In this document: piece by piece, positions 1 through 9,134 of the stretch
Layout of the letters: each line of letters begins with the position of its first letter
Position numbering within the stretch: position 1 is the first letter of the stretch
DNA from: Shigella phage Sfin-1
Direction: 5' to 3' (one strand)
Length of the DNA stretch: 50,403 nt
Sequence record: NC_047998.1
Notes under the pieces: generated by a model
What the model saw: only the letters and a program-made list of their open reading frames with translations
The model's database searches: none
What the model was told of the DNA's origin: nothing
Translations under genes and position numbers: made by a program

Positions 1-703
1 TGGAATCGTTAGCCGTCCAATTTACGCTTACGCTACCTGCTGCATCTCCACCAATTGGAGTAAGAACGCCAGATTTTGGATCTATTGTCGCAATATTTTC
101 AGCATCAACAGACCACAGGCCAGTTTTATCGGTGGCGTTGTCAGGTTTTACAGCAACGTTAAATTGCACAGGTGCATTGTTTGGCTGAGGACTCTCCTTG
201 TTAGTTGTAATCGTCGCAGACTCAACAAGAACCACAGGAGGGGGTGGAGGTGGAACAATGAAGGCATTTCGCTTAACCTGTACCTCAATAATGTACCCGT
301 CCTCGTGCTTAACAAACCCACCAGCAAATGTCCAACCTACGGAACCAGAGCTACCAGTAACAACACCACCAGATCCAAATTGTAACTTTGAGAATAAGGC
401 CGGAGCTTCATCAAGAGAAGTGAGCGTCCACATTCGACCATGAGAAACGACGTTGCAAACTTCACCGTCGAGGATTTTACCGCTCAGGTGTTCATATTGG
501 GAACGGAAAGCGATTCCGTAAGGTGTTGCACCATCAGTAAGCGTGGAAACAACCTTAACTCCGTCAACAATACCGACAACTTTAACAGCAGCGCCGAACT
601 CAATATCACCTTTAGCAACACAAGATCCATCAATATTGTAGTTTGAAGTATCCGAAAGATTACCAGGGCACGCCGGGCGTAACATTAAATTTTCGTAAGG
701 CAT
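1..703 (-). CDS. Head decoration-like structural protein with C-terminal Ig-like (Big_2-type) domain; 5' portion only, continues beyond window start
   Basis: ATG at 703 preceded by GGAG; the ORF runs open to position 1. N-terminal ~110 aa are paralogous to the 764..1240 product (shared SxYNIDG(A/S)CV and GAAV motifs), followed by a PPPPPP linker and an Ig-like segment. In frame with the partial ORF at 50339..50403. Confidence 0.55.
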   Translation of the reverse strand, partial: MPYENLMLRPACPGNLSDTSNYNIDGSCVAKGDIEFGAAVKVVGIVDGVKVVSTLTDGATPYGIAFRSQYEHLSGKILDGEVCNVVSHGRMWTLTSLDEAPALFSKLQFGSGGVVTGSSGSVGWTFAGGFVKHEDGYIIEVQVKRNAFIVPPPPPPVVLVESATITTNKESPQPNNAPVQFNVAVKPDNATDKTGLWSVDAENIATIDPKSGVLTPIGGDAAGSVSVNWTANDS

Positions 704-717
704 AGTATTTTCTCCAT

Positions 718-747
718 AAAAAAAGGACTATCCAAAAAGGATAGTCC
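718..747 (-). terminator. Intrinsic terminator (hairpin GGACTATCC/GGATAGTCC plus U7) after the 158-aa head gene
   Basis: Perfect 9-bp stem with 5-nt loop, followed on the minus strand by a run of 7 T. Confidence 0.6.
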
Positions 748-763
748 CCATATTAAACACTAA

Positions 764-1240
764 TTACAGTTGATGCAACTGAACTTCAACAAGCTGAATG
801 TCTTTATATTTGGTCCAACCGCCAGCGTAGGTCCAAGTGGTTTCGATCGTACCGTCAGATTTCTCTTGACCGTCAACGTCAAGTTTTACAGCGCCCCCGA
901 AAGTTGGCGCCTCTTCTGATTTGGAAAGCATCCAAACTCTACCGGAGGTAATCACGTTGATAGCGCCGCCATCTTCGTAAATCATCTGATTATCTTTATT
1001 CACAGTCTGCCAGTGAGATCGAATAGCTACGCCATACGGCACTTTAGACGATTCCATAGCCTTAACCAATTTATGGCCATCAACGGCTTGGGCTTGAACA
1101 ACCTGTACGGCGGCGCCAACAAAAACATCACCTTCGTTAACGACGCAAGCGCCATCAATATTATACTTCGAAGTATCCGCAACCATACCCGGAAGCGCAA
1201 TAGCCATGTCTCGCTGATAAGATGCATTAATCTGTGCCAT
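764..1240 (-). CDS. Head decoration-like structural protein (158 aa), paralog of the 1..703 N-terminal domain
   Basis: AAGGGG RBS upstream of the ATG; sits between the scaffold-like gene and the capsid gene; followed by a terminator. Confidence 0.55.
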   Translation of the reverse strand: MAQINASYQRDMAIALPGMVADTSKYNIDGACVVNEGDVFVGAAVQVVQAQAVDGHKLVKAMESSKVPYGVAIRSHWQTVNKDNQMIYEDGGAINVITSGRVWMLSKSEEAPTFGGAVKLDVDGQEKSDGTIETTWTYAGGWTKYKDIQLVEVQLHQL

Positions 1241-1251
1241 GATATTTCCCC

Positions 1252-2364
1252 TTACATTACTTTGCTTAAACGTGAATTTGGCGTAACAGGCGCGGCGTCG
1301 TTTTTCTCTTCCGGCTTACCACCTTCGATAGAATCGCCTTTTACCGCCTTACGCTGAATAGCCATAATATCAGAATCCTTAGCAACATCAAACATAGCGT
1401 CGATATATGCGTCTGATTTTTCGCTAACATCTTTATCAAGCATAGCTTTGACAACAGCGACCTTAACGTCTTTGATATCAAGACCATCATGCTTAACGCC
1501 TGCGGTTTCCGCTACTGCGGTTACTTCAGCACGCGCTGCGGCGTCAGCTTTTTGCTTCTCTACTTCGGCCTTCACCAGTTCCGGCAGGGAGTCAACCTTA
1601 ACCTTCAGCGCATCGCGCTCAGCTTCGAAGCCATCAGCTTTTCCCTGAATGGTGGCAATCTGCGCGGTTAATTTTTCGATATGGTTCGCAACATCTTCGG
1701 TTACTTCCACATCAACTGAGTCGATCTTAATTTTCTTCATTTGCTTGTCCTCGTTAGTTAATTGAACGTTATTATCATACGGGAATTCCTGCTCAGCATC
1801 AAGATTTAATTTGGCAATTCCCGCGCGACCTTTAAAAACCAGAGCAATATGGTTGACCTTGATATTAGTCTGTACAGCATCGAATTTAACCCAACCTTCA
1901 GGCGGCTCTTCGTCCTGTTTCATATCCTCTTCGAAGATATATTCTCCAGTCTCATTTGAACCCCACCCCGGTTTATCAATATCTACTGACGTGTAGCCAA
2001 CAGATAATTCACCAGCTTCTTTTGCTTTAGCCTTGCTGATCGCGTAGTCGCTGTAAATGCTCAAAGGGACTTCAACTCCAACACCTGAAGCAATACCAGC
2101 GCCAGCGCACGATCCTACAACAACGTCCTTAGCATTTTGGGGGGTTACCGTTACGTGACCGACTGTGATCGGCTTGCCTGCAAAACTTTGCAAGGAATCT
2201 TGCTTGAAAACTTCGGACGCCGGACGGAACTCAACTCGATCGCCGTGGGGAGTCTTGTAAACCTGAGCACCGATTCGTGCCACAATGGGGCGGTCAACCA
2301 AAAAACCATTATCATCAAAGTGCGCCTTGATTTTTACTGAATCGAATCTTTGCTTTGCCTTCAT
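1252..2364 (-). CDS. Prohead scaffold/protease-like protein (globular N-terminal domain plus charged coiled-coil C-terminal half)
   Basis: Internal ATG at 2364 with GGAG RBS; C-terminal half is K/E/A/D-rich like a scaffold; position is immediately downstream of portal and minor head genes. Confidence 0.45.
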   Translation of the reverse strand: MKAKQRFDSVKIKAHFDDNGFLVDRPIVARIGAQVYKTPHGDRVEFRPASEVFKQDSLQSFAGKPITVGHVTVTPQNAKDVVVGSCAGAGIASGVGVEVPLSIYSDYAISKAKAKEAGELSVGYTSVDIDKPGWGSNETGEYIFEEDMKQDEEPPEGWVKFDAVQTNIKVNHIALVFKGRAGIAKLNLDAEQEFPYDNNVQLTNEDKQMKKIKIDSVDVEVTEDVANHIEKLTAQIATIQGKADGFEAERDALKVKVDSLPELVKAEVEKQKADAAARAEVTAVAETAGVKHDGLDIKDVKVAVVKAMLDKDVSEKSDAYIDAMFDVAKDSDIMAIQRKAVKGDSIEGGKPEEKNDAAPVTPNSRLSKVM

Positions 2365-2366
2365 TT

Positions 2367-3026
2367 TTAATCTCCTGTGGAAAAGTCTGGAACAGCCCAA
2401 CAGCGGCAATTGTATTCTTCACCCGGAAATACGTGATCGGAATCTACCGCTATACGCTTACCTTCCCATCTTACATGTTTTTCACGTTCGCGTAAATCCA
2501 TCACCCCTCGCCAGAAATAATAAGAGACACCAGCGTCTTTTATGCGCTGCCGCATTAGTCTACTGTTCCAGGTTCCGACAATTCCCGATGCTCTATTTTT
2601 GGCCCAATTCCGGTAAATACCAAATCGCTCCTTAGCAAGTTCAACAACAAAATCCTTGCTTTTACCCTGACCGGATGCCGCACGAAGTTTATCAGTGAAA
2701 TCAGTAACCATGTTGGCGGCAAATTTCCTGATAGAAGTAGTCACCTGCGATCGCCACAGATTATATTGTCCTGAGTACCAACTTTCGGCAGCGGTAGGAC
2801 CAATCAGGGCAAGTAGCATCACGGCTTGATTCTTCTTACCTCCAGCATTGCGAGCGATGCGCAGCCACTGCTTAGAGTTGAATTTATAGATCGTGAGCGC
2901 AACGGATGATAGAGAACCGATAATCGGCGCGATGAGTGATTCAACGTAATTAAGCAATGACCTTTCTGCCTGATCTATCTCTTCGTCGGTAGCATCAAAT
3001 TTCATCAGCTTTAATTCGTCGCGCAT
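2367..3026 (-). CDS. Minor head / head morphogenesis protein (Mu F / SPP1 gp7-like)
   Basis: C-terminal motif ...YNCRCWAVP... typical of the Mu F-like family; located just after portal. Confidence 0.65.
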   Translation of the reverse strand: MRDELKLMKFDATDEEIDQAERSLLNYVESLIAPIIGSLSSVALTIYKFNSKQWLRIARNAGGKKNQAVMLLALIGPTAAESWYSGQYNLWRSQVTTSIRKFAANMVTDFTDKLRAASGQGKSKDFVVELAKERFGIYRNWAKNRASGIVGTWNSRLMRQRIKDAGVSYYFWRGVMDLREREKHVRWEGKRIAVDSDHVFPGEEYNCRCWAVPDFSTGD

Positions 3027-3116
3027 TTTTCAGTTAGTTTGGCTGCAATATCCTGTAGGGAGCGCGACATTGCGCGCTCGCTCATTTCAGGATAGCGCCA
3101 CTGAGTAGCAACGCCA

Positions 3117-4400
3117 TTAATTTTCATCTTCTAACTTCTCCCCTAATCCCGGTTCCGGTTCGGTTGTTTCTTCAGGTTCGCGAATGTTGATGTTATTACC
3201 ATCCTTGAGTTTGAACTCAGGGGCAATAGATCGCAACGTGTCGCGAGCTTCTTCCAGATCGATGATTTGCTCAGTGATAGCTTTCGTAACCGACTCAACG
3301 TTATTCTTCGTGATCTCTGATTCCTCTTTCTTGCTAGGAACGGATAAAGGCTCGAACTCGATCGACCACTCTTGCTCGTCAACAATGAACGGCAGCAAGA
3401 ACTCAAGAAGAGGCCTGTAATCTTCCTCACGCTTACGATCTACAAGCTTATAGAAAGTCTCAAGTGCTGTATTTTGGCTCGCTGATACGCCGCCTACGTT
3501 CTTATTTTTGATGATAATCTCATGAATCCCGGAAAGGGAAACAATACGATCCATCTTGCTAGATAAGAACTCAGGCACTCCGCTGATATCAGAGTTTAGA
3601 ACATCGTATTCTTCCGTCTCGGCATCGATACCGATCGCACGGCCAACACCTGAATTATCGTCAACCTGAGCCAGTCTCAAGCGCGCTGCATACTGAGCAT
3701 CATCATCATCACACATTTCAGCAAGACCCTTGACTTTCCATACCGCCTGCTGCTTACGCCTCAGGATCTGAGTCGCAAGTGATTCGCAATAGTCGTAGTC
3801 GCAGATTGCATCAATCAGTGACTTATTCAAAACTGAAGCACCCCACCCTTGATTCTGCTTTCGAATCTGAGGTGTTACTCGCTCACCATCAGCAATAAAA
3901 ATTCTTGTGTGGTGGATTAAGTAAGGTTGAAGATTATCACCAGGAGATACCTTGTATATCTCAGGCTCACCATAGCGAGGCGATCGAGCGTTGGTTACTC
4001 TTTTTTCGATTGTAATTGCGAATCTATCATAAACACGCACACCTTCAAGTTTAGCTCCAGGTTTAACAGGGCTGGTTAACATTCTGTTGTCATTAATGAT
4101 CGCTACAATAGCCGCTCCACCGTATAGGCGCGCCCAGCAAAGAACATCAACCAAGCTAGGATCAATTTTGTAACTATCCCACAGAGACTTGAACTCTTTT
4201 TCATCCTTGACTCCTGATATTTTAAAACCAGCCGTAACCATCTCTTCAGGGATCACGTCGACAATTCTTTTCGCTGTCGCGTTATCGTTATAGAATGAGC
4301 CGACGTTATATGACGCATCAACCATAAAAAATGGTTTAGGTGAGCCGTCCGCGCCGCCGTTAAAGATATCGTTATAACCATCATGCTTAACAATTTTCAT
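3117..4400 (-). CDS. Portal protein
   Basis: 427 aa with acidic C-terminus; GGAGGG RBS; directly downstream of the large terminase. Confidence 0.85.
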   Translation of the reverse strand: MKIVKHDGYNDIFNGGADGSPKPFFMVDASYNVGSFYNDNATAKRIVDVIPEEMVTAGFKISGVKDEKEFKSLWDSYKIDPSLVDVLCWARLYGGAAIVAIINDNRMLTSPVKPGAKLEGVRVYDRFAITIEKRVTNARSPRYGEPEIYKVSPGDNLQPYLIHHTRIFIADGERVTPQIRKQNQGWGASVLNKSLIDAICDYDYCESLATQILRRKQQAVWKVKGLAEMCDDDDAQYAARLRLAQVDDNSGVGRAIGIDAETEEYDVLNSDISGVPEFLSSKMDRIVSLSGIHEIIIKNKNVGGVSASQNTALETFYKLVDRKREEDYRPLLEFLLPFIVDEQEWSIEFEPLSVPSKKEESEITKNNVESVTKAITEQIIDLEEARDTLRSIAPEFKLKDGNNINIREPEETTEPEPGLGEKLEDEN

Positions 4401-4412
4401 ACTTTCCCTCCA

Positions 4413-4440
4413 ATAAAAAAGGCCGTCAATTGACAGCCTT
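4413..4440 (-). terminator. Putative intrinsic terminator or attenuator between terminase and portal
   Basis: GGCTGTCA-loop-TGACGGCC hairpin followed by U6 on the minus strand. Confidence 0.4.
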
Positions 4441-4456
4441 GATTATATCTCATTTA

Positions 4457-6025
4457 TTACCGCTTAACCATCCCGGCGAGTCGCTTCATTCTCTCGATAG
4501 GATCATCAATGGTCAGCAATTCGATGTTCGCCGCATCCATGAAGTTATCGACGATATCATCATGCGGATGGGTGTCATCGTAAGTGAAGGCGCTATGTTC
4601 TGCGATGATTTCCGCAAGCATAGGGTGCTCTTCTGGAAGAACCACGCGCCCGGCCTTAATTACTGGCTGAGCATCCATAGCTCGGGTAACTTTATCTTTG
4701 TTACGCTGCAATGGTGTGATTGAGATCGGAGTCTTTTTCCTTAAGTTCTGAATCAAGCCCGTCCCGCTCGCCTTATCTTCCACGTAGATTTTGCGAAGCA
4801 CACCCATTGATTTATTGTGCCTCCATGCCTGATTCACGAAGGCGGTAAATTGTTTCTCCATATCAGGCGCTTCCCACTTGCCGCGAATGCCGTCGATAAA
4901 GTAAACCTTATCGTTTTTCTTACCCCATAAGCAAAACACCGTGTAGTCGTTTAGTTCACCTGTCTTCTGAGCGGTATCGGCAGTGATGAAACGGTAATCA
5001 TATTTGCCCGGATCTGGCTCGTTAGCGTCAAGACTGCTGCCGTAATAAGTCCACCATTCCGAGTTAAACACGGAGCCGCCAAGCGCGATCGGCTTCTGCT
5101 GGTACTGAGAATCAAAGGTGTACTGGTCCGCTTCGCGCAAAGCCAATAGGTCGTGAACACTCTCCTTGCTGGGCCAGAATGAATAATGCTTAACACCATC
5201 CAATTCTACATACTCAGACGACAAAACGTCGCGCTCGAAATAAGGCTGCAACCAGTCAGGAAGTGTCTTTCCGTATTCTTCAGTCACCAGTGCCGGGATC
5301 GAGATCTGGTCAAACTCAATACCCATACCTCCATTCATCATAAACCAAGTTGAATCCTGCGCGTGCAGTCGCTGCTGGATTGCGATAATCGGCGTCTCGT
5401 TGTGCATACGACGGGATCGTATGGTGTTCTTCAATAGCATGTGAGTACGCTCACGCTTAACCTTTGAGAACATATCGTCAGGCTTGTCTATATCGTCGAG
5501 CATTACCATCCCGGAGAATCCCGGCATCATATAGCCACCACGCGAACCTGTGATTCGACCTCCGGCTGCTGCGGATATTAGCTCGAACCAGACCTTGCCA
5601 TCTTCGTTAAGAACTTGCATCTCTTCATCTTTCGATGTGCCGAACTTACAGGGCCACAACTCTTGGAACTCTTTGCTGCTGATAATCTCACGAACTCGCT
5701 TACTGTTACGCTTTACAAGGCTATCTGCAAATGAAACGTTAAGGTTTCGTACCTTCTTGCACTTGAGCATTGCGTAAACAGGAAGGTGAATTGAGAACAC
5801 CTCGGTTTTACCCGAACCTGGCGTGACGTTAAAGATAGTGTTCCCGCGTCGACCTGCAATTATTTCCTCAACTTCGTGACATAAATAAAGGTGATGCCAG
5901 TTAGGCTGGAACTGCTGAGCCTGCATAAGCTGGAACCAGATCCTAATCATCTTTTCGAAATTCGCCTCACTCATTTTCTTGATCGCTAACTTCTGAGTTG
6001 CGTCGAGGTCTTCCCATTGAATCAT
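4457..6025 (-). CDS. Terminase large subunit
   Basis: Walker A-like VTPGSGKT, Walker B-like MVMLDD, C-terminal nuclease-like region; AAGGAG RBS. Confidence 0.9.
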   Translation of the reverse strand: MIQWEDLDATQKLAIKKMSEANFEKMIRIWFQLMQAQQFQPNWHHLYLCHEVEEIIAGRRGNTIFNVTPGSGKTEVFSIHLPVYAMLKCKKVRNLNVSFADSLVKRNSKRVREIISSKEFQELWPCKFGTSKDEEMQVLNEDGKVWFELISAAAGGRITGSRGGYMMPGFSGMVMLDDIDKPDDMFSKVKRERTHMLLKNTIRSRRMHNETPIIAIQQRLHAQDSTWFMMNGGMGIEFDQISIPALVTEEYGKTLPDWLQPYFERDVLSSEYVELDGVKHYSFWPSKESVHDLLALREADQYTFDSQYQQKPIALGGSVFNSEWWTYYGSSLDANEPDPGKYDYRFITADTAQKTGELNDYTVFCLWGKKNDKVYFIDGIRGKWEAPDMEKQFTAFVNQAWRHNKSMGVLRKIYVEDKASGTGLIQNLRKKTPISITPLQRNKDKVTRAMDAQPVIKAGRVVLPEEHPMLAEIIAEHSAFTYDDTHPHDDIVDNFMDAANIELLTIDDPIERMKRLAGMVKR

Positions 6026-6064
6026 AATTAAATCTCCTTCATGGGCGCTTTCGCGCCCGTAACG

Positions 6065-6589
6065 TTAAAGCATGTCAAGAATGCTGTTCACTGCCTCTTT
6101 CATTGCATCCTCAGTGGTGGCAACAGAGGTATATGCTGAAGCTGCTGAGTTTTCGATATTGATTGAGGCTGGCTTATCGATCCCGAGATCCTTGCCGATA
6201 AAGGAGGCGTTAATAACACCGTTGGCGGCAAGTTGGAATTTTTGCTCGTTGATTACAGATTCCACGAACTCCATAACCTCGCTATATTCCTCTTCTCGCT
6301 TCCACTTAATGATAGCGGCCTCACTTGCACCGATGAATAGTCGATACCCTGTCCAGGTGAACACCCGAGGCTTATGAACAAGAGATTCGTACACGCCACC
6401 CTGAAAGCTGGCTGATTCAGACGCCTTGATCGCATTGTCCTCAGCCCATTCGAAATACTTAACTGATAGATCGAATAATTGCTCAGGCGTCATGGCCCGA
6501 TTCTTCGCAAGAACAGTGCCGAACTTTTTCTTGTATAGCTCTTTGAAATTACCACCCTGAACTACGGGAGCGTTCTTAGGTTCACTCAT
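6065..6589 (-). CDS. Terminase small subunit (putative)
   Basis: Immediately upstream of the large terminase; start moved to the internal ATG at 6589, which has an AGAGGG RBS (the 6613 ATG has none). Confidence 0.55.
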   Translation of the reverse strand: MSEPKNAPVVQGGNFKELYKKKFGTVLAKNRAMTPEQLFDLSVKYFEWAEDNAIKASESASFQGGVYESLVHKPRVFTWTGYRLFIGASEAAIIKWKREEEYSEVMEFVESVINEQKFQLAANGVINASFIGKDLGIDKPASINIENSAASAYTSVATTEDAMKEAVNSILDML

Positions 6590-6642
6590 AAATATACCCT
6601 CTTTGTTTAACATTTAGTGCTATTTTACCATATTGCAGGCAT

Positions 6643-6665
6643 AAAAAAACCCGCCGTAGCGGGTT
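6643..6665 (-). terminator. Intrinsic terminator (CCCGCCGTAGCGGG hairpin plus U7)
   Basis: GC-rich stem followed by 7 T on the minus strand, upstream of the packaging genes. Confidence 0.55.
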
Positions 6666-6673
6666 AGTATTTA

Positions 6674-6886
6674 TCACGATAATCGTCGTTTAATGCCTTT
6701 AGGGTGGGTCTGAGCTTTAGAGTAGCAGTGAGCAAGATCGCCAGTCATTTCCCATTGATCCTTCTTTGGTGAGTAGGTAAGCCATACACCAGTTTTATCC
6801 TTCGCGTCCATCGCAATTGCTGCCGCCACAAGTGCGAAGCCAGAAAATAAACCAGTACCAAAAAAACGATACCAGCGATAATCCAT
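6674..6886 (-). CDS. Hypothetical small membrane protein
   Basis: 70-aa ORF with one hydrophobic helix (LFSGFALVAAAIAM). Confidence 0.4.
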   Translation of the reverse strand: MDYRWYRFFGTGLFSGFALVAAAIAMDAKDKTGVWLTYSPKKDQWEMTGDLAHCYSKAQTHPKGIKRRLS

Positions 6887-6901
6887 AAAAAAATTTCCAT
6901 G

Positions 6902-7087
6902 TTAGATCTCCTTAATTAATTCAATGTTTATTTTGTGAGTGTCAAGGTTTGCGCCGGAAAGTTTTTTTGCTTTCGCGATGGCTTCTGCCTGACTGGTTGC
7001 CGATACTTCAGTTTCGAAAGATTGTTTGCATGATTGGCAAAACATCCCCATCTTTCGAATGATCAATTTAACTTTGAATCGCTTCAT
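6902..7087 (-). CDS. Hypothetical protein
   Basis: 61-aa ORF in the dense same-strand array. Confidence 0.35.
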   Translation of the reverse strand: MKRFKVKLIIRKMGMFCQSCKQSFETEVSATSQAEAIAKAKKLSGANLDTHKINIELIKEI

Positions 7088-7230
7088 CTTCTTGCGCCTT
7101 AATCATAACGCCATCGATGCGACCAATAACAGCCTCTCCAGGATTTAACCGCTTTTTATAACGAGTTGTTTTGCCGTTGCGAGTTACTTTAATTTCGATT
7201 TTGACTGATTCGTCTTTGATATTTTGCATT
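7078..7230 (-). CDS. Hypothetical small protein (50 aa), below the ORF-track length cutoff
   Basis: ATG with AGAGGA RBS; stop overlaps the start of the next gene. Confidence 0.3.
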
Positions 7231-7393
7231 ATGCAATCCTCTTGAGTTTTTGCCGCTTACGGGTCTGCGGCGTTGCTTAACCACTATGCAACCGAGCTTT
7301 TTAGCTGGAAGTGTGAGAATCATCTCACGCGTTGCGCTTCTTTGCGCCTCGTCTGTCTACGGGATTAATACTATCACCGCTCAGCGATTCAGG

Positions 7394-7597
7394 TCAATCA
7401 TTAATTTCAAATTGGCCCTTAGCAATATCCTGCGGGTAGTCAATCTCATGAATATTTCCATCGTCTCCGTATACAAATACGAGTCTCTTTGCTTTACTTA
7501 CTTTTTCAACGTCATACAAGCATCCCGCTGAGAAAGCATCACCATTGCGTGATGTAACACATCGAACCTGATCGCCTTTCTTCGGTAAGTTAGCCAT
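7394..7597 (-). CDS. Hypothetical protein, member of a small paralogous domain family
   Basis: QVRCVTSRNGDAFSAGCLYDV...LVFVYGDDGNIHEI resembles the repeats in the 10627..11283 product. Confidence 0.5.
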   Translation of the reverse strand: MANLPKKGDQVRCVTSRNGDAFSAGCLYDVEKVSKAKRLVFVYGDDGNIHEIDYPQDIAKGQFEIND

Positions 7598-7827
7598 TAT
7601 TCGTAATCACCCTCTTTGTTACCTACGCGCCCTGCAATATATCCGGCGGTCCATACAAACTTGTAGCGGTCGATGAGTAGCTCAACCTTTTTGTGATGAG
7701 TTGAGATCACATCAATCATAATCTTTTCGTTTTTGCGATCTTCTTTCTTCATTCCGCTAACGAATTTATTCAATTCCTTCGCCGCGCGCTTTACCACGTT
7801 CCATTCCGCTTCACTTAAACCAAACAT
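7597..7827 (-). CDS. Hypothetical protein
   Basis: 76-aa ORF, start overlaps upstream stop. Confidence 0.45.
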   Translation of the reverse strand: MFGLSEAEWNVVKRAAKELNKFVSGMKKEDRKNEKIMIDVISTHHKKVELLIDRYKFVWTAGYIAGRVGNKEGDYE

Positions 7828-8171
7828 TATTTACCACTCCCGAATGAAAAGTTGACATTTAAAACCTGATTGCAAACTGATTCCATGTATCGCAACTGAT
7901 ATTGAGCAACCTTTGAAGGACTTAATTCATCAGAAAATAAGTCATCAACATTGATTTCTTTTTTATGCTTGCGCTTCCATGCCTTGATGATATTTGGCAG
8001 GATGCGCTCGCTCTTCCAGGCTGCAAACTCAGCTTGATTCGTTGAAACAGGAGTAAGTTGCTTTTCGATCTGGTTGAGCAACTCGGCAGTTGCTCCTTTT
8101 ACGTGCAATTGGTCGCCAATCGCATCAAGGATTTCACGAGCTTGCTTCTCTGATAGGTTAATCGTAATCAT
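7827..8171 (-). CDS. Hypothetical protein
   Basis: 114-aa ORF, start overlaps upstream stop. Confidence 0.45.
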   Translation of the reverse strand: MITINLSEKQAREILDAIGDQLHVKGATAELLNQIEKQLTPVSTNQAEFAAWKSERILPNIIKAWKRKHKKEINVDDLFSDELSPSKVAQYQLRYMESVCNQVLNVNFSFGSGK

Positions 8172-8377
8172 GCCTCTTCTCCTTCATCTTCGATCGGTGT
8201 AAAAAACTGAGTGTTCACTGCCGGGTTGTAATAAACTCCGTCATCATAGTCGCTTTCTTTCACTTCAATGAAAACGTCGCAACCGTCATGCATGAAATCA
8301 CCGTTATCAGTATGAACGAGTTCGAATACTTCAGAAGTTTTAGTGCAAGTGAAAAACTTATCAGTTGATACCATCAT
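8168..8377 (-). CDS. Hypothetical acidic protein
   Basis: 69-aa ORF, first gene downstream of the promoter cassette at 8410..8453. Confidence 0.45.
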   Translation of the reverse strand: MMVSTDKFFTCTKTSEVFELVHTDNGDFMHDGCDVFIEVKESDYDDGVYYNPAVNTQFFTPIEDEGEEA

Positions 8378-8409
8378 TTCGATTTTCTCTCTTCGTTGTC
8401 GATGAGGTA

Positions 8410-8453
8410 ACTATATCAAATCACCCCACCGACGTTTTAGCAATTCGTGCTAT
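8410..8453 (-). promoter_or_regulatory. Early promoter cassette (TAGCACGAATTGCTAAAAC dyad, 22-bp spacer, TGnTATAGT)
   Basis: Dyad TAGCA-N5-TGCTA; 22 bp to extended -10 TATAGT; the TAG of the dyad is the stop codon of the upstream kinase gene. Confidence 0.55.
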
Positions 8454-9022
8454 TTGTTGATGAACGTAGCGGCTATGTGCTGAGCGGTAATTTCTGGATG
8501 ACCTTCGACAGAGAAGAAATCACACTCCTGATAACCATTAACCCCGATCATATCTTCCAGGTAAATATAATCACGGCTGTCGTTGTCAAAGTTGCAGCCT
8601 TTGCGGTGTATTCGACATAGCTTGACCTGGATATCACCCTCAATCATCTGCAATACCTCATCTTTGAATCCACCATCAGTAAATACTGACAGAGAATATG
8701 ACTCTTTGACCTTGCTTTCCGCTCGCATACCGAAGAATCGATTTCCGAACTGTGGCTTGATGACTTCCTCGCTAATCCAGATCATAAACTGGCGCGGGCT
8801 TTTACCGTTCAGGATTGACGCTGGCTCTTCTTTGTAACGACGGTCCTCATACAAGAACATGAAATACTCGTAGTTAGTTTCACCCAGGATTGCCCGAGCA
8901 ATCTCAAACATTGGTGCTTTAAAGCTGCGCAAAGCTACATGATCGTAAGTGTCAGCCAGGATGCATCCGATAGTGTCCTTGCCTGCTCCAGGAGCGCCGT
9001 TTAAAATGATAGCTGTTTTCAT
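8450..9022 (-). CDS. P-loop nucleotide/nucleoside-monophosphate kinase (T4 Dnk-like)
   Basis: Walker A GAPGAGKDT and an LNGKSP motif that I recall from T4 gp1 dNMP kinase; AGGGAG RBS. Confidence 0.55.
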   Translation of the reverse strand: MKTAIILNGAPGAGKDTIGCILADTYDHVALRSFKAPMFEIARAILGETNYEYFMFLYEDRRYKEEPASILNGKSPRQFMIWISEEVIKPQFGNRFFGMRAESKVKESYSLSVFTDGGFKDEVLQMIEGDIQVKLCRIHRKGCNFDNDSRDYIYLEDMIGVNGYQECDFFSVEGHPEITAQHIAATFINK

Positions 9023-9023
9023 A

Positions 9024-9134
9024 TCAGTATCTCCCTAAAAATAATTTTGCCATATCGATAATAGTGTGATTGATGATTAGCAGGATGATAACCGTCAATA
9101 CCGGATGTGCTGCAATAAATTCGTATAGGTTCAT
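9024..9134 (-). CDS. Small single-pass membrane peptide (36 aa), translationally coupled to both neighbours
   Basis: ATGA overlap with the phosphatase stop; stop 1 nt before the kinase ATG; hydrophobic core VLTVIILLII. Confidence 0.35.
   Translation of the reverse strand: MNLYEFIAAHPVLTVIILLIINHTIIDMAKLFLGRY

Noticed and set aside
164-646. Plus-strand ORFs 164..385, 198..443 and 440..646
   Set aside because: They lie antisense within the Ig-domain head gene, lack RBS, and have Gly/Thr/Pro-rich low-complexity translations; treated as antisense artefacts.
1013-1357. ORFs 1013..1357 (+) and 1027..1227 (-) overlapping the 158-aa head gene
   Set aside because: Both are nested in or antisense to a well-supported gene with a strong RBS and have no translation signals of their own.
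4951-5777. ORFs nested within the large terminase gene (4951..5199 minus, 5550..5777 plus)
   Set aside because: Alternative-frame or antisense ORFs inside a gene with clear Walker motifs.
7231-7393. 150-bp non-coding gap with dyad symmetries (GTGAGA-ATCAT-CTCAC) upstream of the packaging genes, considered as a pac site
   Set aside because: Pac sites of headful phages usually lie within or next to the small terminase gene; sequence alone gives no distinguishing signature, so this is not reported as a feature.
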